DNA of 64,000 nucleotides from Oikopleura dioica. Its lineage: Eukaryota; Animalia; Chordata. The DNA lies in NCBI GenBank assembly GCA_907165135.1, contig OU015568.1:13082001-13146000 (forward strand), read 5' to 3'. The notes beneath the pieces were generated by a model. That model did no database searches. It worked only from the letters and a program-made list of their open reading frames with translations, and was not told the DNA's origin. Position 1 is the stretch's first letter; each line of letters opens with the position of its first letter. Both the position numbers and the translations under genes were made by a program. Positions 21,815 to 35,600 of this stretch are shown here, piece after piece.

Positions 21815-23526
21815 ATGTTTAACATTATCGCTAAATTTCAAGCATGTAGGATTGGCCGATGTGAACCAGCGGCGCCTCTTCAATTGGCAAGAAATTGCGA
21901 ACTCGCCCATCGCCACCCAGTGCGACTTGAACACGTTGAAGGATATGCAGAAACATGCCGCGAAGGTAAGATATCAAAAGAAAAGCGTGTCGTCGGCGAT
22001 AAATGAAGGGAGAAATGAAGAAGTGCGTTGCTGTCAAAATTTTTCGTTAAAAAGTGCACGATGAGGGTTCTAGCAAAGTATTTCGTGAATTTCAGCGGTA
22101 CTCTTTTCACTAAAATTACTGTGTCTCGTTGACAGAACGACAAAATCACGGCGCAACATTCTTGTCGTAACCAAGCGCGTTAGCATTCTTGCCTCGAATT
22201 AATCGGCCTTAATTGCTCTAGAATATCTTTTAACTTTTCATCGTGAGCTGGTAAAGATGTTTATTGATGATGACATGGCGCATTCCGTCACATGTTTCAA
22301 AATTGACCAATTTAATTTTTAAAAAATTTAGCTTGATACGATTCCGTTTCGACAGTCGTTTGTTCAAAGTTCATTCTACCAAGCCTGGCGAGACCGGAAG
22401 AAAGAACTCGAGAGCCAAGGAATACCATTTGAAGATTACGTTATCGACAAGCAGTATGAAGATTTCCTTCGTGGTCCGAACCCGGATGTGGCGCGCGCCG
22501 AGCTCACCAAAGTCCTTGGTTTGTCATTATATGCTTTCCTAGCTGCCCGAATGACTTACGCGAGGCTCAAGATTGTCAGTTACATAAAGGTAAAAATTTC
22601 GCCTTTCTAAAGGTTTCATACAGTATTTTTCGTGTGTTGCGTATTTTGTTTACATAAATCGAGATTTTCCAGTAAATTTTCGGCGCGTGTGAAGCTAAGC
22701 TACTAATTTGGCGTGAATCGAATACGTGTTAATTTTTTCTTAGCATCCTGCGGAGAGACGCGCTAATAAATTTCGCTATTTCGGCCGCGCCGACCGCGTT
22801 TTTGTGGATTCGGCGACCACCAGGTTTATCAACTCCACATTCGCGACACAACAAGGAACGGGTTTCCAGCGGTCATGTTCAAAACGTCGATCTTAATTTC
22901 ATCCTCGCTACAAATGAGAAACTCGTGTTAGGTCTTCTTTTGCTCAAGTTGTTAAACATGGGTCTCCTTGGGAGTTCTCTTTATTTCTGGATCTGGTATT
23001 TGTCAACAAACCGTTCTTCTTGTCTAAACGATAGCGCAGATGGCTGGTTCGCCACGTATTTTTCCTGGTGGAGGAGCGTCACCGGAACTCATGATCCAGT
23101 CAAACAACTAGAAACGGTTTTCAAAACACAAGAATTCGATGCAATCTTCGCATTCTATTTTTAGAAATTGACGCGTTATAACAAGGGGTAGCTAGTATCT
23201 ACCTGATGCTATCGATAGTCGTTCATTAGGGCAGATGTGTATGTGTTAGGCCCCGCTAAATTGGTGCTCTCGTCGAGCAAGAGTCTCTTGAATTCTTTCA
23301 CGCGAAACATTGATTTTAAAACCGTGAGACAGCTAACTTAACAGAACGCGTGCTGATAAAGGACCTGTATATCAAGGATGGCTACGTGTACTTTTATGAG
23401 GACGGCGGCCCACTGCTGAATTGCAACTCCACACAGTTCAATCACATGGCTTCGCACAAACACTGGTTTTTATCTGTTAACGATAAGCATTGGTCACCGG
23501 ACGGTGTTTATGAAGAAAGAGAGTAA
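21815..23526 (+). CDS. Hypothetical multi-exon protein with one probable TM segment
   Basis: Chain of open exons bounded by AG/GT (QCDLNTLKDMQKHAAK; QAWRDRKKELESQGIPFEDY; GLLGSSLYFWIWYL; ...WSPDGVYEERE*). No family recognised. Confidence 0.45.
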
Positions 23527-24361
23527 AATATTCTGCATTTTCTGTTGACACAATAAAGGATAGCTTATGTGCATTCCAGGAAATAACTATGCTTACGGAT
23601 CCATAGAGTATGGACCATACTTCAAGAGTCACGGTGAAACTAAAACACCGTTCAAATCGAAACTTTCAATTTCCTGATTCAACTGGAACTCTTCCAAATT
23701 GGAACTTCATATTTGTAAAAACTGTCATTTTTTCATTGTTCTCGGCTTTTAATTGTCGGCAAAACAATGAACATAACCTGCCAATGTAAATTGATTTTTA
23801 TCAGGATCTTTTTATGGTACCGGATATCAAAAATGGTTCGAAGCTTTGACCCTTAATAGTTGAATCCGCTTCTTGGTTTTTGAACGACAAAAGTCGGCGG
23901 AAAAGTCCTAATTATATAGATCATAAAATTTCATTTTTGCCTTTATAGGGAGAAAAAATCGTATTCAAGCAAAGTCGCATTTTGTTCAACCGGAAGTCGA
24001 AAAGATAATCTTCTATGTTATTAAGACAAAAGAGGAAAGAGAGATAATACAGGTTTGACTTATTGGCACTCAACTTTTATCATTTATGAACGAGAAATAT
24101 AAGATTTCATCTAAAATAATTTCAAAAAACAATTCAAACTCTTAGACCTTCACATTCATAAACTTTATTTGTAAATATCGGTTGAGGAACCTGTTGCGTC
24201 ATCTGAAATCCCTTGAGACAACACAGTCATAGGTGCAAGGAACTCCGATTCATCTTTTTTACCCCGTCACCAGTGCATCCCTTCTCGAAGGTTAACATCG
24301 ACGTAACAACAGAGACCAACCTCAAAGTTTCCGGACATCAGCCAGTCTAAACCTGCAGAAA

Positions 24362-25537
24362 ATGGAGACAAAGTTTCGATTTTTATTTGTGAATCTCTCC
24401 ATCATCCTGCCGCTAATAGTTTTTGGATACTTTCAAGAGACAGTAACTAAATCAAGTACTTTGCTGATTGACGGAAATGATGAAATTCTCATAAGATGGG
24501 AGAGCATGATAACATACTCATTCGTAAGTACTTTATAAGTCATAAATTATAATTAAGCGATATTTCTTAAAGAAAATCTTTTAAAGCGACGCAATCTATT
24601 CTTGTTTAAATTCTAGGTCTGCTTTGTCATCAATACGGCAACCTGCTTCATTGTGAAACTCTTCTTCGCCAAAGGGAGTCGACTATTGATCCCAACGATC
24701 TCATTCAATCACGTCGCTGCTTCATTTTTGATGATGTCCGCGTTGGTACTGACGAATATGTCCCTCGAGTTCGTCCCGTACCCGGCAAAGATTCTCATCA
24801 AATCCTGCAGACCAATTCCAGTTTTCTTTGCTACACTTTGTCTTGCTAATACCCGTCATTCGCTCATGAAGATACTGTCTGTTTTGCTTCTTCTGGTTGG
24901 AATACTCATCTACATGATTGACGAAAGAGGTGCCTTCAACAACAGCGCTCTTTTTGGCAATATCATACTCTTTGTTTCCATCTGCCTTGATGGACTGGCC
25001 GCATTCTTCTTTGAAAAAATCCGTTCAAAAGTTCAAGAAAAAAATTCTGAAAGCTCTATCGAAGCAACTCTTCAACTAGTTGCATCCATCAACTTCATCG
25101 CTATCTTCCTCTCCATACCTGCCCTCTTCATTAACAACGATGTTTACAAAGCATATCAATATCTACAGCTGAACTCGAACATCGTGATGCCAATCTTCAC
25201 CTCAACGTTTTCCTATGCACTCGGGCAGATTGCCATCGGCGCTTCCTATCTGCAGTTTGGCACTCTATCCACTTCCATGGCTCAAACTCTCCGGATTATG
25301 ATCACGCTGATCGGAACTGTAGTGCTCTTTCACGATCCATTCAGCGGGCTGCAAATGATCGGAACCAGTTTCATGCTCCTTGGAATTTTCATCAACTTTG
25401 CCCAGAGTTTTCGATCGTCAAGATCGGAAGAAGAGATGCTTCGAACAGTTTCCTTTCTGGATGATCCCGAGAAGATCCCTCTTGTCGACTCAGATGACGA
25501 AAGTGTCTCTAGTCAAAGCAGTTCAACTGAGCTATAA
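24362..25537 (+). CDS. Nucleotide-sugar/UAA-family transporter, SLC35B1-like
   Basis: FGYFQET; SLEFVPYPAKILIKSCRPIPV; SICLDGL; about 10 TM segments; 2 exons. Confidence 0.85.
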
Positions 25538-25873
25538 TTTAAATTCTTGACTTCCACCACAACAAATGCTTGTATTTCTTTGCTTACATGCTAATTTATA
25601 AACAGAATAAATAATATCTGACCAAGTTTATTTGAGCTTAATGTTGCCATTACCATTCTCGCCAATAGAAGCTTTGCTACTTGCTCTCGAATTTCGACTT
25701 GCTCGACTTGCTCTTCTGGAGTAGCCAGGAATATAAGCGCTGAGGAATTCTTCTGTGGCCGTGGATGGGGTCGGAGTAGGTAGAAGAGATGTTGATGAGT
25801 AAACTGAACGGGCTGTTCACAGAAATGGCCGAGGTGCAATAACAACAGATCACTCCGCGTGCACTTGTACTAA

Positions 25874-28800
25874 CTACGGGTTCTGTCTTTTGTGAAAAAA
25901 TGACATGCTTTTGAGATCTGTAAAAAGAAACAAAGCGCGTCGAAGGTGAGTGCAGAGGGGATGATCCCCTTCCCGCGAAAAAATGGAAGTAACGAAGTCT
26001 CGGCAGGGGCTGAGGCAATTATATTTTGGTTTTTGGAAGGCTCGCCGCCGAGCGAGATTTTCCGCGTTTTCGCACGTCGGCCAATTAACGACATCATACC
26101 TGTGGGAGGACGCAGGCTCAGCGACTTTGGGCGGAACATGTCTTTGATGGAAACGTTGTCCTAAGAGGAACATCAGTTTTTGCAGTAAATTTCGATAAAA
26201 TTTGCGTTATTTGAAGTTTTTTTTGATTAATTTGTCAACAAGTTTGATCTGTCCATTATAATTGTAATCAAGAGACTCTTAGTCAAAATAAAGCTGGAAA
26301 GGATTGACTTACAAATATAATTTTATTATTACTAGTCAGAAAAAACGTGACGCGACTTGCATATTTTTCATGTTTCCCACAAATCGCAGGTTTGGGTTCA
26401 AGAACGCGTGAAAAATGGGAAGAATTTGAGAGTGAATCTAGTGGCCACTTACAACTAGATCATATTTGGCAAGTGTTTAGAAGGACGCGTGAGGGTAATC
26501 GCCGATCATTGATCACCCGCGAGGATACAAATTTTAGAGCATTAGACACCCTCCTCTTCAACTTGAAACTAACTTGCGCAAATTAACCTGCACGTTAATG
26601 CATGCGAAGATTTTGAATATGCCTTGAATTTTTGGATATCTTGAAATATTACTTACATCAGCATCGCGCCAGTGGAATGTCGACGAGATGTTTTCAGTGA
26701 CAGTGGCCCTCGATTCCGACGGATTCAGCCGTTCCCTAACAGCCTTTTCAATTTATCATTAAAAAAGAACTATAATTTTGAAAGTCACCGCTCGTCGATT
26801 TGAAATTCGCCGCTGGAGGCCGTAAAATTTTCGCTTTTTGCAAGTTCAATTGAAGATTAAAGACAAAGCGACTGTCTAACCGCTTTAAAAAGAGGTAGCC
26901 TAGATATTTAATGCGGGTATACTGCGAAAAGAAGCTATCAGTAATCCCTTTTGACGCGTAGTGAGTTATTTCGAACTGGTAGCTTGAGATGGCGCTGTGT
27001 TTCAGAATTGAAGAAGCAATAGAATATTGACACAAAGGCCCCTTGAAATCCGGATAAGACCGAGTTTATGTAAGCAAATACGTGAAATCCTAAACAAGAT
27101 ACACTACTTATCGCCTGAATTAAAAAAAAAACCTGAGGTTTCCGGGTCTGTATTTGGATTCACGAGAAAGATCACATACGTCATCCCCAGTAGCGGAGAA
27201 AGCAGGAGAGTGGCTTTCAGGGCCTTTTTGAGTGGTTAGCGAAGCTTGATAAAGACAGATTTGAAAGTAATTATGGGAAGATGATAAATCATTACCGCCC
27301 TTACGTGGGGTCAGAATTACGGATCCTGTATTATTTGCCTTATCATTATTGAAAGCTTCAAAAACCACATTGCCTGTTGGACCTGTGGCTTATTCTGATT
27401 AATCATTCTCGTATTGCCTGTTCTAGCGTTGAGCACCTTCTGTCACATGTAAAATTTAAGGTTCAATTTCTATCTTTTTCAGCGAAATGCAACGCGTTCC
27501 TTGCGTCATGAGGATTCTGATGATGTTGAGAAGAATAAACAGATTGGTCGCTAGAATCAGTAAAATCGGTGTGCGGCGGATCCACTCGATCGGCGAATGG
27601 CTCATCCAGCACTAGATTTAGATTCGTTAGTCCAAGTTGGACACGTTACGTTTGTCCGGTTTTGCAAACAATCTCTGTGTATCATAAACAGTATTGCAAG
27701 AGAAAAGTAGTTGTCTAACCGACTTTTCAAACAACTGCCTTTTCACGGAATACCTGATCCTCCATGACATTGGACGCAAAAACAGCCCACAGCGCGACGA
27801 TAATTCCGGGCACTCCCCAGCCGAGGATTTTGTACATCCACATTTTAACTCTGGCGGTGTTGTAAACAACGCCGACCATCACATACAGGTAAATTCCCTC
27901 GACTAGGAGCCAGTGATACATGCACAATTGGAAATAGTTCTACCAACGGACTGATCTTTTTTGTTTTATGATGATAATCACTTCGAAGGATTTGATTGAA
28001 CCCCCTGTTTTAGAATAATCAAGCCCAGGCCTGAGCAGCATAAAGTGAGCGGCAAATCCATGGATACGATCTGAATCATAACTATAAATAGAGCGTTTCG
28101 TTTGAAATAGGTCTCAGTTGAAAATCAGTCAAGTTTCTTACTTGGTGATTTCTAAATGTTTGCGGACGAGGTAAGTGAGAATCGACTCTGTCGAAATTTG
28201 GCAAATAAGTGAGGTGATAAGGTTCCAGTGAATTGTATTCCGCCAGCACCTAAAGATATTGCAACACGAAAAATCCTTGTTTTTAGAAAATGTTCTAATC
28301 TAAAGTGCTGGCTTCTAATAATTATTTCTTCAAAGACAAATTCAATTTTGACTGCTACCAACAAATGCTTCTATTATAAATTTAGTGTTCAAGAGTACCT
28401 GACGGTCCGAATGAGAAAAAATATAATAAAGGCAGTGAGAAGTAGAAGAAAGGAGAAGCCCTTTCCAATAAAGTGAATCTGTCCCATTCGCTTGTTAATT
28501 AATAACTCGGGGCACGCAGTGATGTTGTAACCGAGGGCGTCGCCGAACACGTGGTAGTCTTCGATCATCGCGGTGCATTCCTAGAAGAAAAATTGAATCT
28601 TCGAATTCATGCAAATGAGCATTCTCTAAATGCTTTTAATGGTGGCATTGATTGTCTCACTGCCAAAATGCTACTTTGGTCACACGTGCCAACCGTTTAT
28701 GATGACTACTCTCAGCCTTGAAAATAATGGACCATTATTAATGGTCTGTCACACGATTCATGTGATTTTACCGTATTTGACGATTCCAGCTTATGACACA

Positions 28801-30600
28801 AGCTCTCATTATAGTTGGTACGTCCGCTTTTAAAAGCTCCACATTCGACCCCTCACGTGACCCGTATCCGGCCATGAGTCGGTGAGAATGTGGAGCTCCT
28901 TCCTTTCAGCATCACAGGAAACAGTTATGTTACCGCTATACGAGCCTGTAATGGGACAAATATCGAGATAACTTCATAAATAGATATTTTAGAAGTAAGC
29001 ATTCTTGTCAAGTTTGAGCCCAATCTGTGCAGCTTATTTCGTACTCGTCGATCGGCGAAATCACTCCAAAACAAAGAGAAGGCTCTGAGTGGGGATCATC
29101 AACTGATCAGAGAAACTCGCGTTACCCATACTCTAACTCGATAATCTACAACACCTTGATAGAACAGCGGATTCTTGTAAAATGCCTTGACGAACAATTA
29201 CAACGCAGCAGGTTACTTCTAAGCACTCGCAGCCAAAATATTGTAAAAATATTTTGCGCGAAATATAAAAGTTGATTATGCTCTCCAAATTCAAAAGATC
29301 GTTAAATATTATCAATGCAGGATCATGTTTTCGGAGTTAGTCAAAACATTTCGCTAAAAAAACGTGTTTTCCTATTTTTGAAAGGTATCGTTGACCTTTT
29401 ATCGCATTCTAGCTTCTCGAACTAAGCCATATTTCCATCGATCAGTAATAAATAAGCTGATAGATTGAAGTCTACTATTTATAGCCTCTTTCGGATGTTT
29501 GCGCAAATCATACTGTACGTCAAGCACTGTATAAAATTATATAAAGATCCCCTTCACAATAGCGTGGCGTACTGGATAGCACTGTTCTGGCGTCAATAGA
29601 TTGGTTAGATTGCACGCCAAGTCAGTCGAGTCTTCTTGAACCGCAGTCATCATTTTACACTAAAAAGATTTGGAAAATTTCAACCTCATAAAGATACTTG
29701 AATGTCTTCTCGGCGATCTTCAATGGCGATTTCATACGGAAGCTCGTCCAAAAACGCGTTCAAAAGGCGGATACCGTAGTCTTGCTTTCGCTCGGGCAGT
29801 CAGTACTAGGGTCGGCTCGTTTTTATGATAATTCAAACTCGAAATTATCAAGAAAAACCGCAAAGTAAAGATTAAATTGCTCAAAGTTTCTTCCTTCTGC
29901 AGAATAAGCAAATTTGAAAGAAAAACGAGATTTTTATCAGCGAAATTTTCCGCAAAAGGAAAAGCATTATGTTGAGTGCGGCGATAAGCTCTACAAACCC
30001 AGTGCTGGATAAAAACAACTGGTTAAGAGAAACGGCCATCGGTTAAATCTCTTGATAGCAGTTGGATTAATGGAACCAGAGCTCGCCTTTCACGGTGTTT
30101 TAACGGCACTTATTCGATCAAGCTATGAAATTGAAGACGGCAATGTGACTTTTGCGCAAATTCTTTTTAATTGATCGTTGACGATTTTTGAGCGATTGCC
30201 TTTTTTGAAATGAGTCGACCCTAGTCTGTATTTTTTGCAGATAGCTAAACGTGAGCATTAGATAACTAGAGACGTAGCAACAAGATTCCTTTGATGGCGA
30301 GGGCATATTTTACCTATCAGATAGTTGTCCAGACATCGTACCTTCAAAAAACGGTTTAAAACGTCTACAGAAGCAAAATTAACCTTGCAATAGTTAAGAT
30401 CGCGAGCCCTATTGAATTCTTCAAACGGCTGGCCATCGACATAGAGCGTCTCAACCACGTAGGAATTGTCGTTAGATGAAGTGTCAGGGTACTCGTCGTA
30501 ATTCTCCACAGTAGCGTTCCATTCCAACTGATAATTAAAAAAGGCGATGCGGTTCGTGCACTCCTGTTGACATTCTACGGAACAGGGGTCAAACTCGAAA
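25874..30600 (-). CDS. Class B (secretin/glucagon family) G-protein-coupled receptor; 5' end uncertain
   Basis: TM3 YHWLLVEGIYLY, TM4 ILGWGVPGIIV, CW, TM5 TPILLILATNLFILLNIIRIL, TM7 CFFNSE-type exon. Cys-rich N-terminal exons extend to about 30600. Confidence 0.85.
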
Positions 30601-32659
30601 TCTAATTTAGCGGATACTCGATACTCATTTTATTTTGATTGAATTACCGACTTTAATTGAGACGACTAAAAAATTATTCAAAGATAAATATGTTAATTGC
30701 TCTGTCTAAATAGCGAGAACAATGAGGGAAAAATCCGTTGATATAGAAGGTATCAAAATAGTTGATTTTCTTTCTGCTCTTGTTTTATTATTACTCAGTG
30801 ATCCCCTTATTTTTATTTATTAAAATGAAAGTTTGGACCTTTGTATTTTCCTTCTTAGAGTAAAAGTTCTAGTTCTGAGCCCTTCCTATCCATTGCTGGG
30901 TGATCTTTGGAGCAGTGTGGCTCATTACTCCTCCTTGAATGCTCATCTTCTTTTCCTTCTTCTAAATTTGCCATGCATCTCTTTGGATCGACGAATTCAC
31001 GAGTGAAAAATAGCAGTTGTAAATTTTAAGCGAAAGTACTAAGAGAGGGCAAGAAGGAGTCCAGGAAGAAGGATCTCGGTGATTAAGGCTGAGCGAGAAC
31101 CACAAATTTATTGACAAGACAAATAACTCCCCACGATCACACAGGCCGCCCTTAAAAGTATCCCAGTTTTTTCGTCTTTCCAAAAACTGGTTTCCAGCCA
31201 ACCTTCAATTTCCTCCCTGATAGATTTTATAGTTTCAAAGAGATATTTCAAAACAAAAGTGAATAAATAAAAATCATTTTTTTTTTCTTTCAAATTTATT
31301 GGCAGTTTGGAGTGATTGGCAGCGTTTTTGGCACCGTTGGTACGCTTGGCAAAATAAGATGAAAAAATTGAAAATTTCAAAATATGCTAGAATAGAAAGA
31401 GCAATAAGGGAATGAGGACACAAAATAAGTTTGTCAAAGTTCTTCTGCTTGATGATGGATTCACTTCCTCGCAAAGTTTTCCTTTGTATTTGGGCTGAAA
31501 AAAATAGAGATTATTTGATGAGACAGAGGCGATATCTTGTTTCTTTATAAAAGAGGCTTACTTACGGGGAAAGCTTTCTTACGCACCCGGCTTATTGCCG
31601 ATTAATTTTTTGCGACGTTTCTCAAACCCAGGTTTACGCGACTCTAACCCTGGGCAGAGTTTTATACGGGGATGCTAGCCGTTTCTTTAGAAAAAAACAT
31701 TATAAAACATGATCAAAATATTATTAATAATATGTTAGAGTAGTTCAAAATGCATTTTAGACAGTTATTAATTTGAAATCAAACATCGACATTTCTGCCT
31801 ACTATGAATGTGAGCTAATTCTAATAAATTGTTCAAAAGAATGAAACGCAGCTTATATATAAAACTACGTGCAGATAAATAATTTATGATGAGCCACGCT
31901 AGGCCAATTGGAAAATCGTAGCTTCTGCGATGGAACATCGAGATTTTCAAAAAATCATTATTCTGGAGAGGAGCTACATCGGCTTACAAGAAAAAAGAGG
32001 GGTTGGAACATTAGAAGTTTAATTGTCAAACAATGCTCTAGCGAGAATGATAGTGTCATAGAACTAATGTCCAGAATTGAGAATCGTTTGAAAGGCGAAT
32101 CAGTCTTTAGAATTATAATTTTAACATACCGTGCATTGGCATCTATCTTCTGAATCGACGCACGTCCCGTTGTTTTGGCAGAAAAACCCGACGATTGTCG
32201 AGGAGCAAATTTTCTCATAAACGATGAAGAAATGGCGCTTTTATGTTGATTTAGATGGATTGAAAACTTCCGAAAACCACCGGTGACAAAGTTGTGGTAT
32301 CCCGATAGCTGCGGCAAAAGTGTGTTTTATGAACGTTTTGATAGCGCTGTTTGGTAAACGAGCTCTAAATTAACTAGAGCTAAGGAAGACCACGTGATAA
32401 GCTTCGTTATCAAGCCCGGAAAACAATTAAGCAAGGACTGATTTAAAATATCCGAAAACGGTAATTTAAAAGGTTCATTGGAAAATAACTTCGAATTACG
32501 TAGACGTAGGTTAAAATACGCTGCAGTTTATGCAATGGATAATTTGATAAAAATAAGCATCGAAAGTATCAAAATATCGAGCCCAAGATAATAACAGCCC
32601 GCTATGAAAGTTCAATAGTCGATAAGTCAAGCGTTAAGCTGCAAATTCAAATATTTTCT

Positions 32660-35600
32660 TCACATTTCCTGTTTACACGTTGAAGTTGCCTGCTCCCAAA
32701 CATAGTTTTTGGCGGCATCACACTCGCCACACGTTCTTCCGACGTATCCGACCTGGCACGAGCAAATTCCATTCGTGCAGCTTTAAAATTATCAATTGAC
32801 AGCTTCGACTGAAACAGCCGCCTCTCTTATTTCATAAAATAACAAAATTCAATTTTTGTAATTTTTCTAAAGCATTCTTTTCGAGTTTCATTTTCGATAA
32901 CTTTCCTGTCGTCAAGGCGTCCTTTAGGATTACAGTTGCAAGGCTGGCAGTAGTCAATTGCGCTCACAGGTCTGAACTTGAATGTAAGATATTTTCTTAG
33001 TGATGTTATCCGGTTTTTCTTGTTTTCTTCTAACTTACCGATTCTTATTTGGATAATATCCTCTTCTGCATGTTTCACAATTGGGCCCTGTCGGAATGAA
33101 TATTTCAAAATTGCCAGAAAAGTCTTTTCGCAACACGGAACTTTGCGGTGAATAAATTCTAGTGCGCATCCCGGTCCTAATGTATTGTGAAGGCAGGCAG
33201 CGCAGATCGTCTGCGTTCCAACTCCTTCGCATCGGTCAGAATGTCTTTAATAAAGTCAGAAATGATTCTCGCTGATTTTTTACTACCCGTTGCAATCACA
33301 GCTACTCGATCCGTAGGGCGAGAGCAGTCTGCTTGTTTGATTGCATGAATTCGCATTCTGCGGCGAGTATGAGATTCCAGAGCCCAGACTAGAGCTTCTT
33401 TGGGACCGGAAATGTCATCCGAAAGGGTTGAATATGTTAATCGAGCTTGGACAAACAGGGACGTGGGGGACACCGAGGCCGATTACCGCACGATTCCGAC
33501 GGTCCATCCCGTAAAACTTCCTTTCATAATTGTTTTTATTGGAAAATCGAATCAGGCGAGAATTCCAGGTCTGCTTTGTTGTGACATGTTAGATTAGAGC
33601 TGGGTTCTGTTATGGGGTGATTTATAAATCCCTGTTAACGCCCCGTATTCTCGATCCGTTCCTTTGTCTGGTAAAGCCGTTTTTGCACGTGTCGCACTCC
33701 ACCCCGCTCGTATCGTGGGAGCAAGCACAAGTTAATTGACCTGTGCTGCTGTCGATAGTGCAGCTACCCGCATGTCCGTAGCAGTAACACCTGTCCACGA
33801 GTTAATGACTTCCCTTGTTGTTTGGGGAAGAACATCTCCCGTCCAGAAGAAAAAATTATTAATGGTTAATCATAAACCATTTTGCCAGCTCATAATGATC
33901 TGTTTTTCGATTTTCGTGTTCCGAGGAGCAAAAGTATAGCAAATATTTCTCAAGAATCTATTTGGCTACTATGCAAATCTGGTAAAAGAGGGAAAGTTTT
34001 TGGGGAGGGTAAAAGTCTTATTGAATATTTATCGCAAGGAACTTATTTTGAAATTTGTTTTGTTTGTCAGGAAATGAAATCATTTTAAAGCTAATCAAAG
34101 TGGATTAGAAACGGGCGTTGTGCATAACGCAAAACATAAAATTCCGATTATGTTCCGAGAAAAATCATATTATGAGCGGTTTTTTATGTAAATTATGGAA
34201 ATCGATTGTTCAACTCGTCGCTGCCCGAGAAATTGATGTTCGAAATCCCATAATGAAGACTCTGCCAGTTGGTTCTTTTGTTTTTAAAGCCAGGTCGCAG
34301 CAATCTAAAATAACGGTTCTTTTTATTGCCCGTTAAATTGAATTTTCTTATGAGCTGTTATTGTAGTTACTAAAAAACCCCTTGAGATAGATAGTGCAAA
34401 CTTTAGACCTTCATCTTCAAATGCTAATAACTTGTCTATCTAGTATTGCCTAGAGCTACTTGAAGTCCTCTTGAAGATAAACCCTAGAATGCAGATTAAC
34501 TTTCTAACGCGCAAAATACCCGATTTTTTTATTCTATAGCATTTGGGCGTGTTGTTGCACAGCATTTCCCTCGCGAATCAAGAATTGATATTCAAGAGCA
34601 AATGAATAGTTTAGCACGCACCTGATTCTAATTTTGTTGGCAAGGAAGAACTTGATAGCAGGCTCTGGATCCTTCGTATCTGACGCGTTGCCATTGTACA
34701 GCGTCTTGCAGGTCTTTTTCGCACGTGACAACACAGTCTCTGATTAATTATTTCACTCAAAACCCAAAATACAGAGCCCCAAAATACCGCATTTTTCACT
34801 AGAGAAAGGGTCGAGTCTGAGTCTCAGAATTTGAGGTTTCGGAGAACTCAAGGCCAAAATTCTTTGCTAGGCAGTTTGATAAGAGACTGTATTTGTCGCG
34901 TTTTCCTGAGCAACTGACCAACCTCGCATGGCCCTGATTTTGTCCGCGATGTGCACCGTCAAGTCCCTAGAAAAGGATGATCCAATAATATTTATAGACC
35001 GAACTACGATGATCAATCCAGCTGCATAATTAATTCCCCAGACGCATATTATTCAATTCCCAATTAATAATTGGCAATTATTCAATTCAACTGTAGCTAT
35101 CGATAAGCAAACGTCAAAAATATAAAACGCTTGTTAATAATTGTTAACTTAGAACTCCGCCGATTATGATAAAATAGAAATGCCGCGAATATTTGCGATA
35201 ACGTTTGATAACAGGGCCGTAGACAACCACGGTTATTTGAAAAATTATAGTGCTTTGCAAAATGTGAAGTAAAATCATCGTGGAGTGATTCTAGTGCAGA
35301 AAATGGCTTGATTGTTATCAGATAGCGTTATCAGCTCGGATAGAATCTCTCAATAATCGACGGAAGTTCTGATCTCCTGATACTTAAAATACCTTCCCGT
35401 CGAAATTGCATCCCAGGACGCTACGTCCTCGCTGCAATTCGGCCTCTTCCAAATCGAGCTGCCGAATTTGCTGCTCCATTCGTTCTCGTAAAGACCGTTA
35501 ATTTTCGAGCAGTTTCTTGAGAAGAATTCGATCGGGGACCAGGAAACGCCATCGTTTGAGCTTTTCTCGACGACCATCTCCGCCGGTTTTGCCTCCGTAA

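Noticed and set aside
30900-31480. Possible separate small gene upstream of the GPCR
   Set aside because: No convincing ATG-initiated spliced frame; more likely 5' UTR or promoter.
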